A program made the position numbers and the translations under genes. Shown in pieces: positions 1 to 6,501 of a DNA stretch of 24,000 nucleotides. Positions within the stretch are counted from its first letter, which is position 1. Each line of letters opens with the position of its first letter. The stretch comes from Candidatus Thorarchaeota archaeon (GTDB taxonomy: Archaea > Asgardarchaeota > Thorarchaeia > Thorarchaeales > Thorarchaeaceae): NCBI GenBank assembly GCA_038893995.1, contig JAWAQK010000019.1, forward strand, positions 1 through 24,000. The letters run 5' to 3'. Below the pieces are notes generated by a model. The model worked only from the letters and a program-made list of their open reading frames with translations, had not been told where the DNA came from and did not search any database.

Positions 1-600
1 AGCGTGACATTACGTCGCGAGGTTTGAATCAGACTAGAAGTAGGGTTGAAACTCTGTTAGATACCCCACAGATTTCGTCGATATTTTCGTTTGAATCAGA
101 CTAGAAGTAGGGTTGAAACCTTATAGAGAGATAGCCCTCTGAGAGATCAGCAGAGAGTTTGAATCAGACTAGAAGTAGGGTTGAAACGACGATTGGCTCG
201 TCTGTTATGTCAATAGCCTCTTGGTTTGAATCAGACTAGAAGTAGGGTTGAAACGTGGAATAACAGGCGTGTATCCATCACATACCATTATAGAGTTTGA
301 ATCAGACTAGAAGTAGGGTTGAAACCAACGCATCGTCCCTCATATCTCGAGAGACCAAATGCTGTTTGAATCAGACTAGAAGTAGGGTTGAAACTACAGA
401 ATTTGCAGGAGGTCATCGAAAATACGACCTCCAGTTTGAATCAGACTAGAAGTAGGGTTGAAACGACATCATTGAGGATGTCAGGATCTTCGACTGACCT
501 GCGTTTGAATCAGACTAGAAGTAGGGTTGAAACTACGAGAGGTCTCCTCTTCGCCTCTCGTAGATACTCGTTTCAATGAAACTAGAAGTGGGGCTGAGAA
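1..600 (+). CRISPR. CRISPR array, partial (continues beyond the left edge). 8 identical 31-nt repeats GTTTGAATCAGACTAGAAGTAGGGTTGAAAC plus 1 degenerate terminal repeat.
   Basis: Read directly. Identical repeats lie at 22-52, 89-119, 157-187, 224-254, 295-325, 364-394, 434-464 and 503-533. A copy with 7/31 mismatches lies at 570-600. Unique spacers measure 36, 37, 36, 40, 38, 39, 38 and 36 nt, and a partial spacer occupies 1-21. Strand is inferred from the repeat 3' end GTTGAAAC (similar to the Cas6-generated 8-nt 5' handle ATTGAAAG/C) and from the degenerate repeat at the right, trailer end. Confidence 0.97.
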
Positions 601-606
601 ATGGTC

Positions 607-894
607 CTATCCAGTGCGTTTGATTATGTGGTATCCAAACTGAGTCTTTACAGGCTCCTCTGTCATCTGGCCCACATTCAGACTGAATGCAGCCCGTTCG
701 AACTCGGGCACCATTCTTCCCCTCTCGAACCAGCCCAGATCCCCTCCCCTCTTCTTCGACGGGCATGAACTGAACTGCCTGGCCATCTCGCCGAAGTCCG
801 CGCCCTCCTTTATCTTCCTTACTATCTCAAGGGCCTGGCTGTGCTTTTCAACAAGGATGTGACTCGCTCTGACTTTTCCGCCTTTGCTGCTCAT
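607..894 (-). CDS. Single-domain parvulin-type peptidyl-prolyl cis-trans isomerase (95 aa)
   Basis: The ORF translation carries parvulin hallmarks recalled from Par10/PinA-type proteins: ASHILV near the N-terminus, [15 protein letters not shown], and FGYHIIKR at the C-terminus. The size fits single-domain parvulins. Confidence 0.85.
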   Translation of the reverse strand: MSSKGGKVRASHILVEKHSQALEIVRKIKEGADFGEMARQFSSCPSKKRGGDLGWFERGRMVPEFERAAFSLNVGQMTEEPVKTQFGYHIIKRTG

Positions 895-1028
895 GAAATA
901 TCACGGGTCACGAGAGCGCATACGCCCTTATGTCTGCTTCGATATTCTCCCTGAGGTAATATCCGGATTGTCATACGGGCATGACACGAGTTCTTTAGCA
1001 CCTCTGTACATCATCGTTTCGAGTCGGA

Positions 1029-1241
1029 ATGAGAATAGTCACAGTCTGTCTTCCCACGTCCTACGTGGACGGAATGGACCAATTGGTCGAGCGAGACATG
1101 TACCCAAGTCGCTCTGAGATCATAAGGATTGCCATACGCGACTTGCTCGTTGAAGAACTGTGGTCCCGTGGCCAAGAGAAGAGGCCTGTGTCTGATTTGC
1201 AGAGGAAGGTCACCTCGGTGAAGGAGCGCATTCAGGAATAG
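1029..1241 (+). CDS. Small ribbon-helix-helix (CopG/Arc-MetJ type) DNA-binding protein (70 aa)
   Basis: N-terminal beta-strand pattern MRIVTVCLP is followed by two helices (YVDGMDQLVE..., YPSRSEIIRIAIRDLL), the generic RHH signature. ATG start. Confidence 0.7.
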   Translation: MRIVTVCLPTSYVDGMDQLVERDMYPSRSEIIRIAIRDLLVEELWSRGQEKRPVSDLQRKVTSVKERIQE

Positions 1242-1264
1242 TCGACGCTCGTCTACAGAAGAGA

Positions 1265-1275
1265 TTTGTTTTTCT
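1265..1275 (+). terminator. Oligo-T tract (TTTGTTTTTCT), candidate archaeal intrinsic terminator
   Basis: The T-rich run lies 24 nt after the TAG stop (1239-1241) of the RHH gene. Archaeal RNA polymerase is known to terminate at oligo-T tracts. Confidence 0.4.
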
Positions 1276-1340
1276 GCTGCTGTCTATCATTATCTTTCAA
1301 CAAGCCATTTCTGTATGCAGCTCATAGGAGTAGGACCTAG

Positions 1341-1934
1341 ATGTCGATACGAAGGTTTCTCAGGCGCCTGATGAAGATGGAATCGGAAGAGGCCGAGTCG
1401 GAAGCACCAACTGGTGAGAGTGAGCAGACTACTGTGTCTCAACCAGTGGTGGCCCAACCACAGGTGACCTCAGAGGCTCCCGCAACCGTCGAGGAAACTG
1501 CGGAGGAGGTCACTGAGGAAGTCGAGGAGGGGATGCCACCGCACACGCGACTCATCGACAGAATAATGTACATCCTCAACGACCCTGCGATGTCGTCCAC
1601 CATAGCGGGACCCGATGAGTTCACGGTGGAATTCCTGGCACTTGGGGAGCGGTTCTGGATTCGCAAGACTGCAAATGGTCCTATCGAGTCCGGAATCGGT
1701 GCGGTGTCTGATGAGGATGTATACATCAGGATCTCAGACTCGGTAGTCAGAGAGCTCCTGTCAGTCCCCACTTTCGAGGAATTCGTAAGGGTCTACCTCA
1801 AGTATTATAGGTCCCCTGGAGAACGATCATTCGTCAAGGTTGAGCTCAGAAAGGACATCACCAGCCTCAACAAGATGGGCTATGCTCGTGTTCCTCTACT
1901 GAAGCTCTTCATTGGTAACATGAGATGGCGATAG
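1341..1934 (+). CDS. Hypothetical protein (197 aa): acidic low-complexity N-terminal region plus a globular C-terminal domain, possibly an SCP2-like fold
   Basis: AGGAG lies about 10 nt upstream of the ATG. The N-terminal ~65 aa are rich in E/T/A/V. The C-terminal ~130 aa (FTVEFLALGERFWIRK...VYIRISDSVVRELL...VKVELRKDITSLNKMG) loosely follows the SCP2-type alpha/beta pattern. That fold idea is only a guess. Confidence 0.6.
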   Translation: MSIRRFLRRLMKMESEEAESEAPTGESEQTTVSQPVVAQPQVTSEAPATVEETAEEVTEEVEEGMPPHTRLIDRIMYILNDPAMSSTIAGPDEFTVEFLALGERFWIRKTANGPIESGIGAVSDEDVYIRISDSVVRELLSVPTFEEFVRVYLKYYRSPGERSFVKVELRKDITSLNKMGYARVPLLKLFIGNMRWR

Positions 1935-2020
1935 TCTGCACGTCGGAATCTTAATAGGTTCCTGGCAGTGGCTACTCTTCAAGTCCCTGGGTAGCCCGAT
2001 TACAGCTCAGAGGAAGGTTC

Positions 2021-2704
2021 GTGATGGAGATCAAGTTACCCCTAGTAGTGATCAATTTCAAGACTTACCCACAGGCATCAGGCGAGCGAGGCCTCCTGCT
2101 CGCACAGACATGCGAGGCCGTTGCAAAGGAGTATGGTGTCTCAGTTGCCGTGGCCCCTCAGATACCGGACCTCTATCCCATCTGTCGCGGTGTTGACATC
2201 CCTGTCCTGTCTCAGCATATGGACTCGGTAGAGCCGGGTCAGAACACAGGTCACATAGTTGGTGAAACGCTGGTGGAGATAGGCTGCAGGGGCACCCTCC
2301 TGAACCACTCTGAGAGACGAATGTTGCTCGCCGATGTCGAGGGTGCCGTACGTAGGGCAGAACTGCTCAATCTCATGTCCATAGTCTGTACGAACAACGT
2401 GATGACTAGCGTTGCTGCTGCAGCAATGCGTCCGAACGCGGTCGCAATTGAGCCTCCTGAACTCATCGGAACGGGCGTATCTGTTTCCAAGTCCAAACCT
2501 GAGGTCGTGGCCGGCACAGTTGCAGCCATAAGGAGTGTCAACAAGGATGTGGTGATACTCTGCGGAGCTGGCATCTCCAACGGCGAGGACGTGCGGGCCG
2601 CCATAGATCTTGGGACTCAGGGCGTACTGCTGGCCTCCGCTGTCACCAAGTCAAACAGACCTGCAGATGTTCTCAGAGACCTGCTGGCTCCACTCAGAGA
2701 GTGA
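2021..2704 (+). CDS. tpiA: Triosephosphate isomerase, short archaeal type (~226 aa)
   Basis: N-terminus (M)MEIKLPLVVINFKTY, LLNHSERR, IEPPELIGTG and GAGISNGEDV...GVLLASAV match archaeal TIM motifs and length. GAGGAAGG lies upstream. The start is GTG 2021 or the adjacent ATG 2024. Confidence 0.9.
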   Translation: MMEIKLPLVVINFKTYPQASGERGLLLAQTCEAVAKEYGVSVAVAPQIPDLYPICRGVDIPVLSQHMDSVEPGQNTGHIVGETLVEIGCRGTLLNHSERRMLLADVEGAVRRAELLNLMSIVCTNNVMTSVAAAAMRPNAVAIEPPELIGTGVSVSKSKPEVVAGTVAAIRSVNKDVVILCGAGISNGEDVRAAIDLGTQGVLLASAVTKSNRPADVLRDLLAPLRE

Positions 2705-2741
2705 TCTGGCAGCAAGCATTCGACATGGACGGTCTGGAGAG

Positions 2742-3632
2742 TTGAAGGTAGCGCTCGAGTGTTCTCATTGTCTTCTGAAGAGGGCAGTAAACCAGGCTCG
2801 GCTGGCGAGTGATGACCCTGAGATACAGATGGCCGTTATTGCTGAGATGACCCGTTTCCTGGGAGAGGCCCTCACGCCCGGCTCTGTTCCGAGCCACATT
2901 GGTACTGACCGTGATCTGCTTGTTCAACGCATCACCGGCAAGGACCCGTACCTACAACTCAAGATAGAGTCTAATCGCATGGCGCTCGGCCTGCTCCCCG
3001 ATCTGGAGAAGGCAGTAGCAACCTTAGATGGGCCTGAGAAGCGTTTCAGAATGGCCACACTCATTGCAGCCGCCGCGAATGCCATCGAGTTTGACGTTGC
3101 GGGGAGAGAGTTCAGTCTCGATGACCTGAAGGCATTGGTCCGTGATGTTGAGGGGGAACTCGCCATCGATCATATTGACCGGTTTCGTGAGCTGTGCCTG
3201 GGCGTCAGTGAGGTCTTGTACCTGATGGACAACGCTGGCGAGATTGTACTCGACACGCTCCTGATTCGAGAGATTCAGCAGGCCGGGCCCTCAGTGGTTG
3301 CCGTGGTGAAGGGTGGTCCTGTCCTGAACGACGCCACGATCGATGACGCGGAGATGGTGAATCTGAGTCGGTATGCTGACAGGGTCGTGTCAACAGGTAC
3401 TGCAGCCATAGGCGTCAACCTGGAGCGCAGTTCTCGCGAGTTCGTTTCGATGCTTGAATCAGCACAACTGATTGTTGCAAAGGGAATGGGCAACTACGAG
3501 TCTCTCACAGAGATAGAGACTGGCTGTCCAGTCGTCCACATACTGCGGACCAAGTGCGACCCCGTCGCCAGACACATCGGAGTACCACGCAACGTGAATG
3601 TCATACTTGTCAGGGAACCGAGAGTGACCTGA
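2742..3632 (+). CDS. DUF89 / ARMT1-like damage-control phosphatase family protein
   Basis: The N-terminal pattern (M)KVALECSHCLLKRAV resembles the CxxC-containing start of archaeal DUF89 proteins, and the rest is alpha/beta. ORF-track start 2610 overlaps tpiA by 95 nt, so in-frame TTG 2742 is preferred. The start is uncertain. Confidence 0.7.
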   Translation: MKVALECSHCLLKRAVNQARLASDDPEIQMAVIAEMTRFLGEALTPGSVPSHIGTDRDLLVQRITGKDPYLQLKIESNRMALGLLPDLEKAVATLDGPEKRFRMATLIAAAANAIEFDVAGREFSLDDLKALVRDVEGELAIDHIDRFRELCLGVSEVLYLMDNAGEIVLDTLLIREIQQAGPSVVAVVKGGPVLNDATIDDAEMVNLSRYADRVVSTGTAAIGVNLERSSREFVSMLESAQLIVAKGMGNYESLTEIETGCPVVHILRTKCDPVARHIGVPRNVNVILVREPRVT

Positions 3633-3634
3633 GT

Positions 3635-4459
3635 TCACATCCTGCTGGGACTCACGAGAGTCTTGTACACCGGTTGTGACTCCACGAACTCCACACTTAT
3701 GTCCTTGAACTCGAGGCTCATCTGGTATCGCAACCTCTTCATTCCTGGTTCAGTTGTGGTGACACTCCCTACCTCAAGGGTCGATATGCCCCTCTCATGG
3801 GCGAATGTCCTGGCATCTGGCGCTAAGTCCCCCGTGATGATTGTCCTCAAGTCACTCTCAGCTGCACCGAGTATCTCCGTTACACCCAGCTGGATGCCTG
3901 CCACAACGAGGAATTCCCCCACATTGTCGTCCAGGTTGCCAGAGAAGATGACCTGCTCGATCCCCAGTTTCGCCATCACCCTGTCTGCAAACAGGGAGTG
4001 GTTCATCTCATCCTCAAGTCTGCAGATCCTTCCGATAGGAACATCCGTCCTGTAGTCGCCCTCGACTCCAAAATTACGCACCACTGATGCCCCCAGCCTC
4101 TCAGCAAGCGCATCGCTAAGACCATCTCTTGCTGAGACGAATGCAGTCCCGATGTAGTAACTGGATATGTAGTTCTTGGACAGAAGCCTGACCCTCAGGA
4201 GGTCGTGTTCTGCCAGTCGATCCACTGGACGCGGAAAGAGTGGAAACGCCGTGATCATCAGATTGGCCTTCTCTTGGCTTGCCCTCGCAACGTTCCGTGA
4301 CGATGGATAGCTTGTTATCATGATCCTTCGAACAGCAGTGTTGGACTGTTCTGTTTCAGTCTGGGGACCGATCTCCAATCGATCAGTCAGTCCCCCGACT
4401 GTGAGTTCTACAGGTGCTATCTGTCTGAGGTATTTCACGACCTCTCTGACTGTATGCAT
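3635..4459 (-). CDS. NIF3 (YbgI/NGG1p-interacting factor 3) family protein, with metal-ligand histidines apparently replaced
   Basis: MHTVREVVKYLRQIAP...DRLEIGP is a typical NIF3 N-terminus, and IITGD...E..G lies in the C-terminal half. GGTGG sits 5 nt before ATG 4459. GTG 4468 is an alternative start. Confidence 0.75.
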   Translation of the reverse strand: MHTVREVVKYLRQIAPVELTVGGLTDRLEIGPQTETEQSNTAVRRIMITSYPSSRNVARASQEKANLMITAFPLFPRPVDRLAEHDLLRVRLLSKNYISSYYIGTAFVSARDGLSDALAERLGASVVRNFGVEGDYRTDVPIGRICRLEDEMNHSLFADRVMAKLGIEQVIFSGNLDDNVGEFLVVAGIQLGVTEILGAAESDLRTIITGDLAPDARTFAHERGISTLEVGSVTTTEPGMKRLRYQMSLEFKDISVEFVESQPVYKTLVSPSRM

Positions 4460-4971
4460 TTGATCCACCGGTCTTCAGTCTGACACTAGTATCAGCTGGG
4501 GCTGCAGATGATATGTGAATCTCCGCATAGCATGCTCCTAAGTGTTACTATCGAGTAGTGGCCGAGTGGATGCGACCTGTATTGTTGAGGCCAGCCCAGG
4601 ACGACCCTCTTGAGATAGGTCCCACAATTGTCATCTGGCGGTCTTCTCAGACTCCAGTCTGGAGGTTCCTGCGAGCAGATCTGTGACTACCATCACTCTG
4701 CTGCAACACGTGTTGCGGTCCTGAGGGTGGCTCTCCGGAGCAGACGGAGCTCAGTCCGGAACCGTCTCATCCTACACATACGTCTGAGATCTAGGACCGA
4801 AGGGTTCTGTCTCTTTCTCAATGCGGTCATCTGTCGCTTGAGTCTCTTCTCCTTGTTCAATGTGTGACCCTCCGTGGGTCACTCCATGATGGTCTCATTA
4901 TAACAGTATCGCAGGTGGGCAATCCTTTTCTCGGCAGGGATTCAAGCTCCAAGAAGTGCGATCCAATCGGG

Positions 4972-5496
4972 GTGCACAGGACATTGAGTGCTCGTCGTAC
5001 AGTCAGCATTAGGCTCAGACTCGAGAGCGATATCATTGAGAGGATTGACATGGCGGCGGGACCTGATCGCAGGCTCAAGTTCATTCGAGATGCGATCCTC
5101 TGGCGTCTCGACCAAGATATACCTCCCGTTGTGTTAGACCTCGCCCGTGAGCTGGAGCAACTGCGGCGTCGGGTCGAGAACCTCGAACGGGCTCAGTCCC
5201 CGTCGCTTCAGAAGGCTCTCTTAGGGAGCACATCTTCCTCTCGCTTGTGCAGGGATGAGCTCGATCGTAAGATCCTGATACAACTGCTCCAACAGCAGGC
5301 CAGCACGACCACTGAGCTCGCAGAGAGTCTCCTGGGGTCTGCCTCGAAACGGACTACTATCCTCAACAGGATCAAGTGGATCAATGCACAGGCCAGAGCG
5401 ATTCATGGCCGCGATCTGCTGGTTCAGGAGCGGGGTGTAGTGGACGGAAAGCGCGGTGCCTGGCGCATCTCGGAGCCCGACCTATTGACATCCTGA
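4972..5496 (+). CDS. Putative transcriptional regulator: RHH-like N-terminus, coiled-coil linker, winged-helix-like C-terminus
   Basis: RTVSIRLRLESDIIERID...LKFIRDAILWRL follows the RHH pattern. LARELEQLRRRVENLE looks like coiled coil. LDRKILIQLLQQQASTTTELAESL...ILNRIKW looks like HTH. A TATA-like ATTATAAC sits at 4897-4904. The start is uncertain (ORF track 4864, GTG 4972 preferred). Confidence 0.5.
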   Translation: MHRTLSARRTVSIRLRLESDIIERIDMAAGPDRRLKFIRDAILWRLDQDIPPVVLDLARELEQLRRRVENLERAQSPSLQKALLGSTSSSRLCRDELDRKILIQLLQQQASTTTELAESLLGSASKRTTILNRIKWINAQARAIHGRDLLVQERGVVDGKRGAWRISEPDLLTS

Positions 5497-5531
5497 ATCC
5501 CTTGATACTAGGACTGTCGTGAGCACAAATG

Positions 5532-5537
5532 TTTAAA
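5532..5537 (+). promoter_or_regulatory. TATA-box-like element (TTTAAA) upstream of tRNA-Arg(CCG)
   Basis: Centred about 27 nt upstream of the first tRNA nucleotide (5562), the canonical archaeal TATA-to-start distance. Confidence 0.55.
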
Positions 5538-5561
5538 CCGCAGTAGGAAGACGAGGCAGCT

Positions 5562-5699
5562 GGGGCCGTAGTCTAGTTTGGACCTGCGACACATTGCGGT
5601 CGCCGGGCACAGATAAGGCACCAGCCTCCGGGCGATCGGATCTGGTCCTGATCGGTGGAAAGTTGGTAGTCGCCGGTTCAAATCCGGCCGGTCCCGCCA
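5562..5699 (+). tRNA. tRNA-Arg (anticodon CCG) with two introns and a genomically encoded CCA
   Basis: Hand-folded. Acceptor GGGGCCG (5562-5568) pairs with CGGTCCC (5689-5695), and the discriminator is G5696. D-stem GTCT (5571-5574) pairs with AGGC (5616-5619). Anticodon stem CCAGC (5621-5625) pairs with GTTGG (5662-5666), with loop CT-CCG-G. The T-arm is GCCGG-TTCAAAT-CCGGC. A 29-nt intron at 37/38 spans 5632-5660, and an intron of about 31 nt lies inside the D-loop (within 5583-5615). Confidence 0.8.
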
Positions 5700-5870
5700 C
5701 AATCTTCTGATGCAGCTATCTTCTCTCGGTCAGTCTGGGCTTAAATAGACTGCAAGCGACAACCTATCGGTCGTGTCCACAGTCTGTTCTGCGTGAGTGA
5801 CCCTGTGTTGGGCTCATGATGTGCGGGTCATCCTGTGGACAGCCGGACCACTGATTGACGGAGGCTTCGT

Positions 5871-6071
5871 GTGTTGTACCAGTCAGGAACAGATGTACGG
5901 GAGATTGCGGACAGATTTGCTGATCATCTGCGGGGTGAGAAGGGCAGGATCGTGATGGAGAATCTTGCGGAGGGCGAGAGCTTCATAGTTCACACATCTG
6001 AGATGCGTCTGCTTGTGACGAAAGTCAAGGGTGAACTGGAGGTCCGAGTCCTCGAACGTGACTCTACATGA
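5871..6071 (+). CDS. Small hypothetical protein (66 aa)
   Basis: GGAGG (5860-5864) lies 6 nt upstream of GTG 5871. The composition is non-repetitive and looks globular. No family was recognised. Confidence 0.35.
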   Translation: MLYQSGTDVREIADRFADHLRGEKGRIVMENLAEGESFIVHTSEMRLLVTKVKGELEVRVLERDST

Positions 6072-6102
6072 GCCATCCTCGTGTAGGACTTAGCGAAGAG
6101 TC

Positions 6103-6108
6103 TATAAA
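6103..6108 (+). promoter_or_regulatory. TATA-box-like element (TATAAA) upstream of tRNA-Arg(GCG)
   Basis: Centred about 26 nt upstream of the first tRNA nucleotide (6131). Confidence 0.55.
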
Positions 6109-6130
6109 CACAGATGAGCGGTTGGTTGGC

Positions 6131-6268
6131 GGGGCCGTAGTCTAGTTTGGACCTGCGACACATTGTGGTCGCCGGGCACAGATAAGGCACCAGCCTGCGG
6201 TCCGCCGAGAGCATTGTTCGGCAGCAGACAGTTGGTAGTCGCCGGTTCAAATCCGGCCGGTCCCGCCA
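6131..6268 (+). tRNA. tRNA-Arg (anticodon GCG) with two introns and a genomically encoded CCA
   Basis: Same fold as the 5562-5699 gene. The anticodon stem is 6190-6194 / 6231-6235, the anticodon GCG is at 6197-6199, and the 29-nt 37/38 intron spans 6201-6229. The intron hairpin GCCGA/TCGGC and CTGC/GCAG pairing leave an ACA bulge at the 3' splice site, consistent with a relaxed bulge-helix-bulge. The D-arm intron is identical to the first gene except C to T at 6166. Confidence 0.8.
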
Positions 6269-6501
6269 CCTCTGTCTATGGGAACCCAGGAGGAGGCCCA
6301 CAACACCGTTTCTCGTGGGTTGGGTGGTTGCCATGTGAATCGAGGCCACGAGATACGTCATACGGACATCGATCTGGGTCTCATATACATGTTCATGGGC
6401 AGTCAACAGGAATTGCTACACCCGAGTGCCGAGGTTGCCCGATTCTGAAGTGGCTGCCGGTTCTGTGGTGGTAGGGGTCCATATCGAGGAGGACGAGTCC
6501 G

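Noticed and set aside
388-766. Track ORFs 388-579(+) and 533-766(-) overlapping the CRISPR array
   Set aside because: Their translations are the CRISPR repeat read repeatedly (for example LNQTRSRVETT occurs twice). They are artefacts of the repeat structure, and 533-766 also overlaps the parvulin gene out of frame.
3630-3637. Convergent DUF89 and NIF3 genes whose stop codons are only 2 nt apart
   Set aside because: This is real but unremarkable in compact archaeal genomes. It only implies overlapping 3' UTRs.
4628-4867. 79-codon ORF in the gap
   Set aside because: The composition is low-complexity and rich in Ser/Arg/Leu. There is no SD or TATA at a sensible distance, and it overlaps the palindromic elements. 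It is probably not coding.
4469-4971. SRP (7S) RNA or RNase P RNA in the long non-coding gap
   Set aside because: I looked for the conserved elements I remember on both strands: the SRP helix-8 GGAA/AGCA-type motif context, and RNase P CR-I GAGGAAAGUCC and CR-V ACAGAA. I found only a weak resemblance (CAGTCCGGAAC). That is not enough to call, so the region is kept as an unexplained region only.
5562-6268. Duplicated tRNA sequence as attL/attR of an integrated mobile element
   Set aside because: Both copies are full-length genes with their own TATA-like boxes and different anticodons. The 430-nt interval holds only a 66-codon ORF, and no integrase or other mobile-element gene is present.
5508-6474. 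Track ORFs 5508-5702(-), 5990-6406(-) and 6163-6474(+)
   Set aside because: They run through the two tRNA genes. The two minus-strand ORFs share the peptide WRDRPDLNRRLPT only because the tRNA sequence is duplicated. There is no SD and no protein-like composition.
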